From positions 25,732-89,731 of IMG/VR virus record IMGVR_UViG_3300049719_000158: DNA of 64,000 nt. One strand, given 5' to 3'. The translations under genes and the position numbers were made by a program. This document shows, piece after piece, positions 41,346 to 51,439 of the stretch. Origin of the DNA: a virus. The notes beneath the pieces were generated by a model, which worked only from the letters and a program-made list of their open reading frames with translations, did no database searches and was not told where the DNA came from. Within the stretch, counting starts at the first letter, position 1, and the number at the start of each line of letters is the position of its first letter.

Positions 41346-42173
41346 TCATGCATACGTCACATCGAGCGTGTTAAATCTCTTCTTCATCGTCTCAATTGCT
41401 TCTATGTTCCTGTCGATTAGAATGAACTTACGATCGAGCGCAACCACACTTGCACCTGTCGTCCCTGACCCTGCACAAAAGTCAAGCACAGTGTCGCCCT
41501 TGTTTGAAAACGCAGTAATCAGTCGTTTCACCAATTTTTCGGGTTTTTGTGAGACATAATTCACGCGTTCATGAGCGTTTGTTCCCACTATTCCAAGTTC
41601 CCAAACATCCGTCGGAATTTGTCCAGCCGCTGCGCGCTCTTTAGACTTTTGCAATGAGGGAGCTTTATATGGGATACGATCAACGTCCGCATAGTTGAAA
41701 ATGTGACCATCAGGTGTTTTTGAATACACTAAGATTGTGTTATGCTTTCGTGGGAAACATCGCTTTCCTCTCCCGCCGAAATTAAAACTCCAGATCAAGC
41801 TGTTCACAAAACAATCTTTTCCAAATAACGTGTCTAAATACACTCTTGCTTCGTGCTCAGCTCGCCAGTCTAAGTGTAAACACAACGTTCCATTATTTGT
41901 GAGAATTCGCTTAACTTCTATCAAGTGCGGCTCAAGAAAATCTTTCACGTAGTCATCAAATTTATCTTCATAAGACGCTTTAGACACGATTTTGTTTGTG
42001 TACGTGTTTCCTCCAAATCCCTTGTTACCTTCAGACGATCTTATTGATTTCACTGATTGTAGCTGTTGCGTCTTTCCGGTCGCAAATGGAGGATCAACCA
42101 CGCACAGTGTCACGCTCTCGTTGTCAATGTTTTTCAACACAGGCAATGCGTCGCTATAATAAACAATGTTCAT
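41346..42173 (-). CDS. DNA amino-methyltransferase (beta class, m6A/m4C)
   Basis: DPPF, QKPEKL, VLDFCAGSGTT. Confidence 0.9.
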   Translation of the reverse strand: MNIVYYSDALPVLKNIDNESVTLCVVDPPFATGKTQQLQSVKSIRSSEGNKGFGGNTYTNKIVSKASYEDKFDDYVKDFLEPHLIEVKRILTNNGTLCLHLDWRAEHEARVYLDTLFGKDCFVNSLIWSFNFGGRGKRCFPRKHNTILVYSKTPDGHIFNYADVDRIPYKAPSLQKSKERAAAGQIPTDVWELGIVGTNAHERVNYVSQKPEKLVKRLITAFSNKGDTVLDFCAGSGTTGASVVALDRKFILIDRNIEAIETMKKRFNTLDVTYA

Positions 42174-42193
42174 GTAACGAAATTTAAACATTT

Positions 42194-43042
42194 GTGATGC
42201 ACACGTATCAGACAACTCTGTCAGGCTCTGTTGATCTTACGATAAAACAAGTATCAAGTTCGTTAGCCGTCAGACTAACAACTGATGAAAGTAACTTGAA
42301 TTCTGTGTCATCGTCAATAGACTTGACAATCAAACAAGTCTCCGGTTCTACCGACACGACAATAACGCAACGCATTTCCATACTTTCATCGTCAATCGAC
42401 GCAACAATCAAACAATCGAGCGGGAGCATAATTTCACAAGCAGTCACAGCGTCCGTGCCATATCTTTACAGTTCTGGAAGTGGCGGCACGTGGACTGATC
42501 TAATCGGTGTCGCAGACCAGGCTTCAGGTGCAGGTGCATTGACGAATGAACCTTACACAAATTCAATTAACTTATTGTTCTTCAGAAACGCACAGTCTGA
42601 TAATTTAACGTATAAATTTCAATTTCCACACTCTTGGAACGTCAACACAAAAGTGCATCCTCACATCCATTGGATGCCATGTGCTGCACCTGCCTTAAAT
42701 GTCACGCAGTCAGTGAACTTTGGATATCAGTGGGGGTGGATGCCAATTGGTGTGGTGTTTCCGACATCATGGACAACTGGAAGCTTGTCACTACCTGTTA
42801 GTGCAAGCATGTTGAACATACAACAAAAGAACGAATTTGCTCAAATATCTCCACCTATTTCGTCAAACAACGTTTCAGCAATTGCGTTTCTTCGAATAAT
42901 GCGTAGCGGTTCTGCAGCGCCTGACACGTACAACAGTGCAAAATCTGGTGGGACTGCCGCAGCGAACGTTGCGTTGTTGTCTATTGACGTTCACTATCAA
43001 TCAAACATTGCGGGCACAATCAACGAATACACGTTACCATAA
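42194..43042 (+). CDS. Virion fibre-like protein or fragment
   Basis: Three S(G/S)S(V/I)DxTIKQxSxS repeats followed by a beta-rich domain (QFPHSW..HPHIHW..DTY..IDVHYQ). Confidence 0.55.
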   Translation: MMHTYQTTLSGSVDLTIKQVSSSLAVRLTTDESNLNSVSSSIDLTIKQVSGSTDTTITQRISILSSSIDATIKQSSGSIISQAVTASVPYLYSSGSGGTWTDLIGVADQASGAGALTNEPYTNSINLLFFRNAQSDNLTYKFQFPHSWNVNTKVHPHIHWMPCAAPALNVTQSVNFGYQWGWMPIGVVFPTSWTTGSLSLPVSASMLNIQQKNEFAQISPPISSNNVSAIAFLRIMRSGSAAPDTYNSAKSGGTAAANVALLSIDVHYQSNIAGTINEYTLP

Positions 43043-43894
43043 TTCAATAATTTGATGCCTAGGTCGTCCATATTCGGCGCCACCCACGATGCAAGTCAAA
43101 TTGCTACGAATTACTTCTCGTGATGAACTATGTGTGTGGCCTGACAGGCATGTCAATTTAACGTTCGGATACTTTTCTGCAACAGCTATTAACGTATCAC
43201 CCATTATTTTAGACGTGTAGTAAGGTAACGCATCTTTCGTCGCGTGGCGCCCTTCGAACAAATGGAGACTTGCAAACGGTGGCACATGTGTCAATATAAT
43301 TACGTTTGAGTAACCTTTTGCGACAGCTTTTTGAATGTTTCCTAAAATGTGCTGTGCGCACTCTCGAGCGTGTTTGCGACTGACGTTGATTATGTGTTTG
43401 ATATCAACACCAAAGTGCCTTTCGCCGGGCTCAACATTTGACATGTAAAAGTCAGAAATTCTAAACCAGTCGTTGAGCACGTAGTCGCTCGTTCGCCAAT
43501 CACCGTGTAACATGTCATACCACCCGTCAGCGCCCACAACACAAGTTGCGTCTGTCAGCTTTTGAGGAGTGTGACATGCGTACAGATATTTTAGATTGTC
43601 AGACATCTGTGATGCCACTGTGAGCTTCGTCGTGACATCGTCGAAGCTTGACCCGTAAAAGTCATGATTACCACAACAAAAGTATATTGGACGTCGTGCG
43701 ACACTCTCGAGCAACGCCAAGTCATCGGCGACTTCTGTTCCTGTTGACACGTCGCCGGTGATGAAAATAACGTCAGGATTGTCGTCAGCAACGCTCTCAA
43801 AAAACATTTTCTTGAGCATTTGTTGACGTTGAGGTGTCGTGCCGTCGTTTCCCAAACAATTCAGGTGTATGTCAGTTAACCAAGCTGCTTTCAT
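43034..43894 (-). CDS. Calcineurin-like metallophosphoesterase
   Basis: DIH, TGD, GNHD, THVPP, GHTH. Confidence 0.9.
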   Translation of the reverse strand: MKAAWLTDIHLNCLGNDGTTPQRQQMLKKMFFESVADDNPDVIFITGDVSTGTEVADDLALLESVARRPIYFCCGNHDFYGSSFDDVTTKLTVASQMSDNLKYLYACHTPQKLTDATCVVGADGWYDMLHGDWRTSDYVLNDWFRISDFYMSNVEPGERHFGVDIKHIINVSRKHARECAQHILGNIQKAVAKGYSNVIILTHVPPFASLHLFEGRHATKDALPYYTSKIMGDTLIAVAEKYPNVKLTCLSGHTHSSSREVIRSNLTCIVGGAEYGRPRHQIIELW

Positions 43895-43977
43895 AAAACA
43901 AAAATATCACTTTCACGTCAAATATACACAAATAGGCCGCTTTCGCAGCCCATTTGCAATCATGAAATCACGTAAAA

Positions 43978-44352
43978 CTATCGCACTGTTACTTTTCGAG
44001 GCAGATCTTCTGGCGGCTTCGCCTTCTTCGCAATCGTGATCGTCAACACGCCGTCAGCGAGAGCACAGTCAACGGTGTTCAAATCATAGTCACTTCGAAT
44101 GTCGTACTTGTATGATTTTGCTTTTCCGTCGCGTGTAGCAGAAATGTCAAGCTTTTGCTTGTTCGTTGTCACATTGACGTCAGAGCGCTTCACGCCTGGA
44201 ATATCGATTGACATTACCAACTTTCCATCTTTTTCTTGCTGCGTCACGTCATCATATGTGAGCAACGGGAGATCAACTGGATATGTCTTATACGTTGACG
44301 TCCAAGTGAAAGGATCATACGCACCAAAAATATCACCAAATAAACTGTCCAT
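43978..44352 (-). CDS. Small heat-shock protein (HSP20)
   Basis: DIPGV...LADGVLTITI.K. Confidence 0.9.
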   Translation of the reverse strand: MDSLFGDIFGAYDPFTWTSTYKTYPVDLPLLTYDDVTQQEKDGKLVMSIDIPGVKRSDVNVTTNKQKLDISATRDGKAKSYKYDIRSDYDLNTVDCALADGVLTITIAKKAKPPEDLPRKVTVR

Positions 44353-44403
44353 TTCGTTTTCTCCTTTGTGAGAAGGTTAATTTCTCAACAATCAGATAAT
44401 AAA

Positions 44404-44937
44404 TCATATCTCAACGTTGTAAACCGGTCCTGGAACTCGACGCATCACTTTTTTCACGCACTCTTTGAGCTCATCGTACGATGAAAATTGTCTCCCGGCA
44501 ATGCTTGGCCCGTAATTCACGCCACAGTGATACTTGTTCGCCTCACACCCTTTCACGACTTCGTCAAGTTCTTCTTCACTCGCACACAGGAGTATGTAAT
44601 AATCTGCACTATGCACAAACGAAGCGTAGCCACCAAGAAGTTCGACCATCTCGACGTAGCACCTGCGATAGTGTTCGGCATCGCGTTCCCAACAACGATT
44701 GATGAACTCTTGCGTGGGCGAACTGTCAACGCTTGGCAGGCGCGAGTTCCACTCGTCAATCACCAAATCATCATCTATGAGGTTACAGTAAATTCTCACG
44801 TCGCTCCACTTCGTCTTGTATTGGTTCACCTTGATTGACGACACTCGGTGCAAACCATTGCAAGGCGGCATTGGGTGCTGAAGTCGAGCTCCTATGAACG
44901 ACGCGATCGCAGAGTGATTGAACTGTTTTTCTGTCAT
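44404..44937 (-). CDS. Hypothetical protein
   Basis: QYKTKW..VRIY motif; has its own promoter. Confidence 0.55.
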   Translation of the reverse strand: MTEKQFNHSAIASFIGARLQHPMPPCNGLHRVSSIKVNQYKTKWSDVRIYCNLIDDDLVIDEWNSRLPSVDSSPTQEFINRCWERDAEHYRRCYVEMVELLGGYASFVHSADYYILLCASEEELDEVVKGCEANKYHCGVNYGPSIAGRQFSSYDELKECVKKVMRRVPGPVYNVEI

Positions 44938-44995
44938 GTATATATGATATCACTTTTCGTTGTAATCGTACACAACGGGAGCATATAATCTCATC

Positions 44996-45697
44996 ATGTT
45001 CCAACTAAAGAAAATGCGCAAAGGCGTGTACATGCTTTCATTTACAAATCATATCGACTTGTGCTACTCTTTCATGCGTTATCAAGAGTTCTACGAGAGC
45101 ACTAATCCACGTTTTTATGGAAAAACATTTACGTGGGCTGAATACATCAGGTGGTACACGATAACTAATAAAAAAGAAGGATCAAATCCACACGCTTTTT
45201 ACTACGCATCTGACTGGTCGGGATTTAATCACCCGGTTGAAGTCATCGGCAAAGTGCACGACCTAGGAATTTCCGATCCAAATCACTATGATGACATCAT
45301 GTACGGTATCTATAAGATGATCATGACTGAGTGTGACAAGGCGTACTTGATTGGCGCTGTGCCTGGAACTTCGACTGAAAAACACGAACTTACACATGCA
45401 GCCTTTTATCTTTTACCTGAGTATAAAAATAAAGTTGTTAGCGCAATACAAAAAACGCACAATGCAAGTCAAAAATATCTAAATGATCGCAGAAAGTTGA
45501 TCGAAGGCATGACTGACGTGCTGTTCAAGATGGGCTACGCGACGAGCTCAATCGTTGATGAGATCAATGCATTCGCGACAACGGGAGACCACAAGTTTTT
45601 TGATAAGCTCGACAAGCAAGCGTACGCTTCGTTGAAGAAAGAACTGGTCACACTGCACAACAAGCATTATCCCGAGTTTGTAAAAGACATCAAATAA
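44996..45697 (+). CDS. HExxH-containing hypothetical protein (possible metallopeptidase)
   Basis: FMRYQEFYES, HELTH, DEINA. Confidence 0.6.
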   Translation: MFQLKKMRKGVYMLSFTNHIDLCYSFMRYQEFYESTNPRFYGKTFTWAEYIRWYTITNKKEGSNPHAFYYASDWSGFNHPVEVIGKVHDLGISDPNHYDDIMYGIYKMIMTECDKAYLIGAVPGTSTEKHELTHAAFYLLPEYKNKVVSAIQKTHNASQKYLNDRRKLIEGMTDVLFKMGYATSSIVDEINAFATTGDHKFFDKLDKQAYASLKKELVTLHNKHYPEFVKDIK

Positions 45698-45939
45698 GTA
45701 TATGATGAGTTCGTGGCGAGAATTGAACTTGGCGTAGACTTGGGAATGGCAGAAGTACTTCAAAAGTATGATGATGATTATCATGGCGCAAACGAATTGT
45801 TTTGTGTTCACATCGACGCGCTCGACTATGACATAAACGTGCGCTCTTCACAAATTCACCCGGATTCCGATGTCTTCAAAGTTGGCGACGTTGGACGCCT
45901 CGTTGTCACACGAAGGTTTGCAGAGGTAAAAAGATTATT

Positions 45940-46173
45940 GTGACGACGCACAACTTCAATGACGGCAAAGGCAAAGTCGCTGCGCATCGACATGTCAATC
46001 CAAATGGCTTTCTTGGCGGGTGGGTTGCTGACACTGCGTACGTGAGCCCAACAACTTGGGTGCATGAAAGCGCTAAAATTTGTGACAACAGATCAAGCGT
46101 AGCGAAAAACGTTGTGCTACGTGGCAACGAAACCTATGATTGTTATTTCATTTTTTGTTTCGATAGGTGTTAG
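45940..46173 (+). pseudogene. Truncated paralog of hexapeptide-repeat protein 62536..63045
   Basis: HNFNDGKG.V.A.RH.N....LGGWVADTA.V.PT shared; degenerates after about 65 aa. Confidence 0.65.
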
Positions 46174-46292
46174 TTCTGCAGGCAAAATTATATTCAAACA
46201 CGCGCCAGACATGCCAAAAATCATTATTGACATGTAACAAGACGACGCCGAGTGTTCTTCAGCGCCGCCTTCATGTAATAAGTAGGATGACG

Positions 46293-47510
46293 TTAAATTA
46301 CGTCTTCGCCTTCAGCAACGGTGACGTCACTGTCACCTTCCGATATTTCATCAAGTTGCCCAACGTCAAGTACATAAGCTGCATCAATTACTTGTAAAAC
46401 GTATTGTCCTAATATTTCGTCTTTTATTAAATCATCAAAATCTTCCTTGTGAAAACTTTTTTCGTGAATAACTTCTCCTGTTGTCGCATTTGATACCAAG
46501 AGTGTTTTCCACCCACCAGCACCAGATATTTTTATCTCTTTTCCATCTCGAACGATTTTATTATCATCACAATATGCTCTCACAACGTCAAATATGTACT
46601 TTCCTTCTTGAATGCCACGTCCATAAATGATATCGAATTCACACTTCCTAAATGGCGGCGCGACTTTGTTTTTCTTCGTTTCTACATTTACTGTAATACC
46701 AATCGTGTTACCTTTGTCATCTTTAATTTTCTGCCCACCGGCGATACGTAAACGCACAGAAGCATGGAAGGCAGGAGCTTTGCCCCCGGGCGTGACGTAT
46801 GGATCGCCGTGTCCAATAAACCCACCGATTTTGTCTCGTAGTTGATTTAGCATTAAGAATGTAACGTTATTTGCACCCACAAATCCTGTGATCTTTCGAA
46901 GACCCTTTGAAATAACTCTTGCTTGTAAGCCCATTGTTTGCGCATCATAATCTCCGTCAAGTTCTGCCTTTGGAGATGTTGCCGCAATTGAATCCCAGAC
47001 TACAAGCACTGGAATATTTTTGCCAGCAAGGTTTTTAGCTTTTGTGATTGTACTTTCAATAATTTTAAAAACATCCTCGGTACATTGTGTTTGTACATAT
47101 ACAAAACGTTTTTTCACATCAATGCCCATAATTTGCAGTTTTTCAAGCATTGTTGCATTTTCAGTGTCAATGTATACGACAAGACCACCCATTTTTTGTA
47201 CAATTGCAGAACATAAAAATGCAAAATGACTTTTCCCGCTGGACGCGAGACCAGATATCTCAATAATTCTTCCTTCGGGATAACCTCCGTCAATTGCATT
47301 TCTAATCAAATAATTCAATTGAATACTTCCAGTGCCTAACCATCGTTTTACGGTTGTTGGCGCAGATTGTTCATCGAGGTTATATGCACATTGACATCCC
47401 ATTTCTTTATTAATATCTTTTATCAATTGCGCTGAAAAATCAACTACTTCTTCATTTGTTATATTCGATTGTTGACTAATTGATGTAACATTGTCTTTTC
47501 TTTTTGCCAT
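46293..47510 (-). CDS. recA: RecA/UvsX recombinase
   Basis: GGYPEGRIIEISGLASSGKS, YIDTE, WDSIAA, NQLR, TPGG.A..F.AS.R, KNKVAPPF. Confidence 0.95.
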   Translation of the reverse strand: MAKRKDNVTSISQQSNITNEEVVDFSAQLIKDINKEMGCQCAYNLDEQSAPTTVKRWLGTGSIQLNYLIRNAIDGGYPEGRIIEISGLASSGKSHFAFLCSAIVQKMGGLVVYIDTENATMLEKLQIMGIDVKKRFVYVQTQCTEDVFKIIESTITKAKNLAGKNIPVLVVWDSIAATSPKAELDGDYDAQTMGLQARVISKGLRKITGFVGANNVTFLMLNQLRDKIGGFIGHGDPYVTPGGKAPAFHASVRLRIAGGQKIKDDKGNTIGITVNVETKKNKVAPPFRKCEFDIIYGRGIQEGKYIFDVVRAYCDDNKIVRDGKEIKISGAGGWKTLLVSNATTGEVIHEKSFHKEDFDDLIKDEILGQYVLQVIDAAYVLDVGQLDEISEGDSDVTVAEGEDVI

Positions 47511-47515
47511 TGTTT

Positions 47516-47925
47516 TACCTCTTTTTCGTTAAACCTAACGAGAATTTTATTGTTTTCAATAAACCATAATTTATAAGCATCGTTTTACGTGCTTTTTCTT
47601 TTATTTCTTCCGATTGAAATACATTTTCAACACCGTAACGTTCTAAATTTGTTGTCTTAGCTTTTAATTTAACGACTTCTGATTATGTTGGACTTTCTGT
47701 ACCATACCTTACAAGTGAAGTTATTTTCGCTTTTTCTTTTGCAAACTCAGATTTCCACACACATGTCACGCCATAACGTTCTAAATTTGTTTCACAAGTA
47801 GTTGCATTCGTTAGTAATATTGCATCAGGAGACAATGCACATTCACGTGAACAAAAATTATTCGTTGGAATATGTGAACGTGCTCTTCTTTCGTATTCTT
47901 TATGACACACATCACATGAAAACAA
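47516..47925 (-). pseudogene. Remnant of TNLERYG-repeat homing endonuclease
   Basis: In-frame TAA at 47683, after which TNLERYGVENVFQS continues; no nuclease domain. Confidence 0.7.
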
Positions 47926-48014
47926 TCCCCAGTTTTTTAATTCGTCCGATAAGCATTTATTGTTGTTTAATTCTATGCCATCGCATCAAACACGTCACAA
48001 CAAAAACCACCCGC

Positions 48015-48348
48015 TTAAACACATCGTGCCTCGAGATGTCACTCAGGAGGCACGATTGACCGTTTGCGTTATTTACTTCTCGACTACTTCAATCTTTGAA
48101 TAACGCACGTTTCCATTACAATCTAACGCTGAAGCCAAGTCCTGTGCCAATGCTTCTGCATAACAAAGTGTGAGTGGTCCCACAACTTGTGTCAATTGTT
48201 CTTTCACGTATGACTTCACAAAAAACTTGTCTTCCGATGGCAATCCACACATTTCCATATTTTCTTCTTTCTGAACAATTCGTTCAATAGAATTATAAGC
48301 AATGAACTTCACGGTGTTTAAAGACATCGTGCCTCTTTCGAAGCACGA
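48015..48348. repeat. Two related hairpins (ACATCGTGCCTC...GCACGA), probable terminators, flanking a small ORF
   Basis: ttaaacacatcgtgcctc..gaggcacga at about 48015-48055 and ttaaagacatcgtgcctctttcgaagcacga at about 48318-48348. Confidence 0.6.
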
Positions 48349-48374
48349 AAATCATTTTACGATGAATTCAGCTT

Positions 48375-49247
48375 CTACTCGTTGTCGCCGTCTTCCATGA
48401 GCTCATCAAATGCGGCGTCAAGCTTCTGCTTTGCGTCGCCTGCGGGCTTTGCTACAACTTTCTCTTCCTTCTTCGCAGGCTTTGCGTCAGCAACCTCGTC
48501 GACAAGTTTATCAAGGTCAGCTGAACTCGTGTTTGAACCCTTCTCAGTGCCGTCAGTCTTCTCGTCGTCCTCACCGTTCAGCCATGTGCTAAGCATTCCC
48601 TCGAGCTCCTGTGCCGACTTGAGCTGCTTCTTAATGTATGCCAAGAAGTCTGGAACTGCGTTCAACAGCTTCTCCGACACCGCGCTGTCGGCATGTAGCG
48701 GCGTTGACTTTGGTCGAGGATCAATCTCGGTGTCGAGCACCGGCTTGCCATTGAACATCTTGCCACTTGCTGCAGGCGACATCTTGATCGTGAGATCGTA
48801 GCCCTCTGTCGGGCTCGTCACGTCGCCGTAGTCCTCGTTGAGCCAAAATCCAAGCAGTCGCTTGTAGACGAATGGACTGAACATCCACACCTTCACGCCG
48901 TCGTCTTCCTTGCCGCGCAGCACGACAGGTAGGTAGCCGCTCATCTTTGGGCGAAGGCTGTTCGCAACTTTTTTGTCGTCTTCCTTCTTCGTCTTGTACA
49001 ATTTCAAGCGAAACTCGTGAATTGGGTCAGGGAGACCAAATTGGTATGGTGCAAGCGTTCGCTTGTTGTTTCCGATCTTATAAAATGATAGTTCAATGAT
49101 TGGCGACTCAGCGGGAGCGTTCTTCCAGGGAAGACATCGCACCTTTGTCTCACCTGCCTCAGGGAAGAAGTAGTTGATCTCTCCACCACGATTCTCGCCC
49201 TTAAGCTCAGCCAACTTTTTTCGAATTGCGTCTAAATCTATTGCCAT
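48375..49247 (-). CDS. gp32-like single-stranded DNA-binding protein
   Basis: MAIDLDAIRKKL, DPI.E, YGD.T.P.EGYD, acidic tail AFDELM; next to recA. Confidence 0.85.
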   Translation of the reverse strand: MAIDLDAIRKKLAELKGENRGGEINYFFPEAGETKVRCLPWKNAPAESPIIELSFYKIGNNKRTLAPYQFGLPDPIHEFRLKLYKTKKEDDKKVANSLRPKMSGYLPVVLRGKEDDGVKVWMFSPFVYKRLLGFWLNEDYGDVTSPTEGYDLTIKMSPAASGKMFNGKPVLDTEIDPRPKSTPLHADSAVSEKLLNAVPDFLAYIKKQLKSAQELEGMLSTWLNGEDDEKTDGTEKGSNTSSADLDKLVDEVADAKPAKKEEKVVAKPAGDAKQKLDAAFDELMEDGDNE

Positions 49248-49350
49248 TTTATTTTCTCTTTTTCTTTCTTTTGTTTTGTTGGGACACCGTTCGTGTCTGA
49301 TAGTGAATATTAAGCTAAGAAATATCAAGAGTATAAGTTTTATTTGGATG

Positions 49351-49923
49351 TTACTTCCACGTCGCTCTCTTTTTGGGTGAAGACGTCGATCCAGGAGGTG
49401 ACATGCCCAACGGGAGACTAAACCCCACCACGCCAGCACACGTTGACATCTCGTCTAATTCTTCATTGTCTTCTTCAACGTCGAGTTCATTGATTTCGCT
49501 GCACTTTTCACAAGTATCATAGGTTACTTTTTTGTCTCCCGGACACCTGCACTGATTTATCACGTCGCCACAATCTTTGCACACCGTCTTGTAGTGATTT
49601 GTCGTGGCGCGCTTTTCGACAATCAAAGACACGTACTTTCGCACCAAGTCTTCATTCACTTTTTCTTTTGCTGATTTTACAATGTTTCGTAGCGCACTCA
49701 CTTGTTCAGGAGTGAAATCTTCAAAGTTATCAGTTCCCGCATCAATCATGTACTCAACTGCGAGCTCAATCGCCTTTAGCTTTGATGCATCTTTCATCGC
49801 CATGACACGTCGAGCAGTCGCCTTTATCATCCCGTCGATGCCACCACGTGTCCTTGCGTCTTCCATGCGCTCGACGGCGCGTTGCACAGGTTCAGACGAG
49901 ACAACTCTTTCGTTCAAAAACAT
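49351..49923 (-). CDS. Putative head protein
   Basis: ATAATTA upstream; LNE/VNE/IVE/LDE sites, CxxC module. Confidence 0.5.
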   Translation of the reverse strand: MFLNERVVSSEPVQRAVERMEDARTRGGIDGMIKATARRVMAMKDASKLKAIELAVEYMIDAGTDNFEDFTPEQVSALRNIVKSAKEKVNEDLVRKYVSLIVEKRATTNHYKTVCKDCGDVINQCRCPGDKKVTYDTCEKCSEINELDVEEDNEELDEMSTCAGVVGFSLPLGMSPPGSTSSPKKRATWK

Positions 49924-49931
49924 GCTGATAA

Positions 49932-50234
49932 TTATTCTTTACCAAGAAATTTGTTTGGGTCACCCACAAGTCCGAACTTCGTGATGACGCGCTTCCCGTT
50001 GACTTCTTCGACTTCATAGAACATGTGCCCCACTCCTGTGCCGCCGATCGTGCCGAAAAGCCCATTCAAGACGCCAAACGCACCAAACGTGCAGTCGCTT
50101 GAAACTTGTATCGTTGGATGATCTGCAAACTTTTCGTTGCACGGAAATTGATGCAAAAATAACTCACTGATTGCTACAGGATCAAGTGCTAACGCCTCGT
50201 TTAAGAAGTCTACGCATTGTGGCACAGTTTTCAT
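49932..50234 (-). CDS. Hypothetical protein
   Basis: LNEAL..DP.AI..CN...ADHPTIQV pattern. Confidence 0.6.
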   Translation of the reverse strand: MKTVPQCVDFLNEALALDPVAISELFLHQFPCNEKFADHPTIQVSSDCTFGAFGVLNGLFGTIGGTGVGHMFYEVEEVNGKRVITKFGLVGDPNKFLGKE

Positions 50235-50235
50235 G

Positions 50236-50838
50236 TTATTCTTTTTCTCGTGACGTAGAAACATAATCCGCAATCTGCACAGCCGTTGTAAGATTTGACA
50301 CCTTCAAACAGTATTTTCGATTTTCCTCTACAACGTACCCATCGCTCGTCTTTATGGCAACCCACTCGTCAGGAGACAACTGTATTCCGTAGTGCTGAAG
50401 CACGTACATCGTCCTGTCACCCGTCTCCATGAACGTTAGGTTATTGTTATACGTGTACATTTCTCCAAGCTTGTTCCTACGCCAGTCGTCAGTTTGTGGG
50501 AGATAAAAATCATTTTCGCTCCCGCCTGGCAACCCAACTTTGCCTAAGTCATGAAAGAGTGCAACGATGATCATGCTCTCCTGCGGCAGGTCCCACTTAA
50601 AAGCTTTGTTAACTATCAGAATGTTCTTCAACACGTTGAGCGTGTGGGAAATTAATCCGCCACTAAACGCGCTATGTTTCTTGGGTGAACCTGATGCCGG
50701 TGCAAGCGCGAGGCGTTCGCTTAACTCGTCTACCATCTTCAACACTGCCTCGCTGCGATCTCCCAACTTTTCGCAAAAAGAACGAAACTTGTCATAGTTT
50801 GCAACGATTTCTTCAGGAGACAATTCTTTGATTGACAT
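50236..50838 (-). CDS. HD-domain hydrolase (YhaM-like)
   Basis: APAS..H.AF.GGL..H, HDLGK, AD. Confidence 0.85.
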   Translation of the reverse strand: MSIKELSPEEIVANYDKFRSFCEKLGDRSEAVLKMVDELSERLALAPASGSPKKHSAFSGGLISHTLNVLKNILIVNKAFKWDLPQESMIIVALFHDLGKVGLPGGSENDFYLPQTDDWRRNKLGEMYTYNNNLTFMETGDRTMYVLQHYGIQLSPDEWVAIKTSDGYVVEENRKYCLKVSNLTTAVQIADYVSTSREKE

Positions 50839-50891
50839 GATTATTATTCATAATCAATGATAATTCGAACGTACAAGTGTTACTATCAATC

Positions 50892-51224
50892 ATGATCAAA
50901 AATCTTCCTCCTAATCTCACGACAATGTTGAACATTGCAATTAGTTGCTCGTCACCTGTCAAAGCCGTCGACACAATCGTTGGCGCAATCGAAGACGATA
51001 TATTATTGATTGCGCTTGCGAGGCACGATAACTGGATGGTACGAACAAGCGTTGCAAAGTATGCTGGAGGTTTAAGCTACACGCAGTTGCTTGGACTCGA
51101 GCGCGACGAAGACGAGAGAGTCAGAGACGCCGCAATTGAACGGCACGCAAGCGATTTGTCGTGTTTGGCTGCAATGTACGCGAAAAAAGACAAAAAGACA
51201 AAGAAACACGGAATACAAGCGTGA
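50892..51224 (+). CDS. HEAT-repeat protein
   Basis: LARHDNWMVR, L.RDEDERVRDAA. Confidence 0.6.
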   Translation: MIKNLPPNLTTMLNIAISCSSPVKAVDTIVGAIEDDILLIALARHDNWMVRTSVAKYAGGLSYTQLLGLERDEDERVRDAAIERHASDLSCLAAMYAKKDKKTKKHGIQA

Positions 51225-51439
51225 ACACGTGTACATAGACTATTTATATTCACAAACATGGATGAAAAAAGTGTGAGATGTGCGGTGAGAACATTGGCGA
51301 ACCGTACGATGATTTTTGCGGGTTAGTCGCATTCAGACACCACGCGCCTGGTTGTTTAAATGATCCAATCATGTCGCTTGACGAAGCGCTGTTTCACTTG
51401 GGCTGTTTTTCGCCGATAAAATATCCAACGAAAGAAAGT

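Noticed and set aside
41346-42173. Restriction-modification system
   Set aside because: No adjacent restriction endonuclease; orphan MTases are common in large phages
49248-49439. Extended N-terminus of SSB
   Set aside because: Overlaps the upstream gene; the conserved start is MAIDL at 49247
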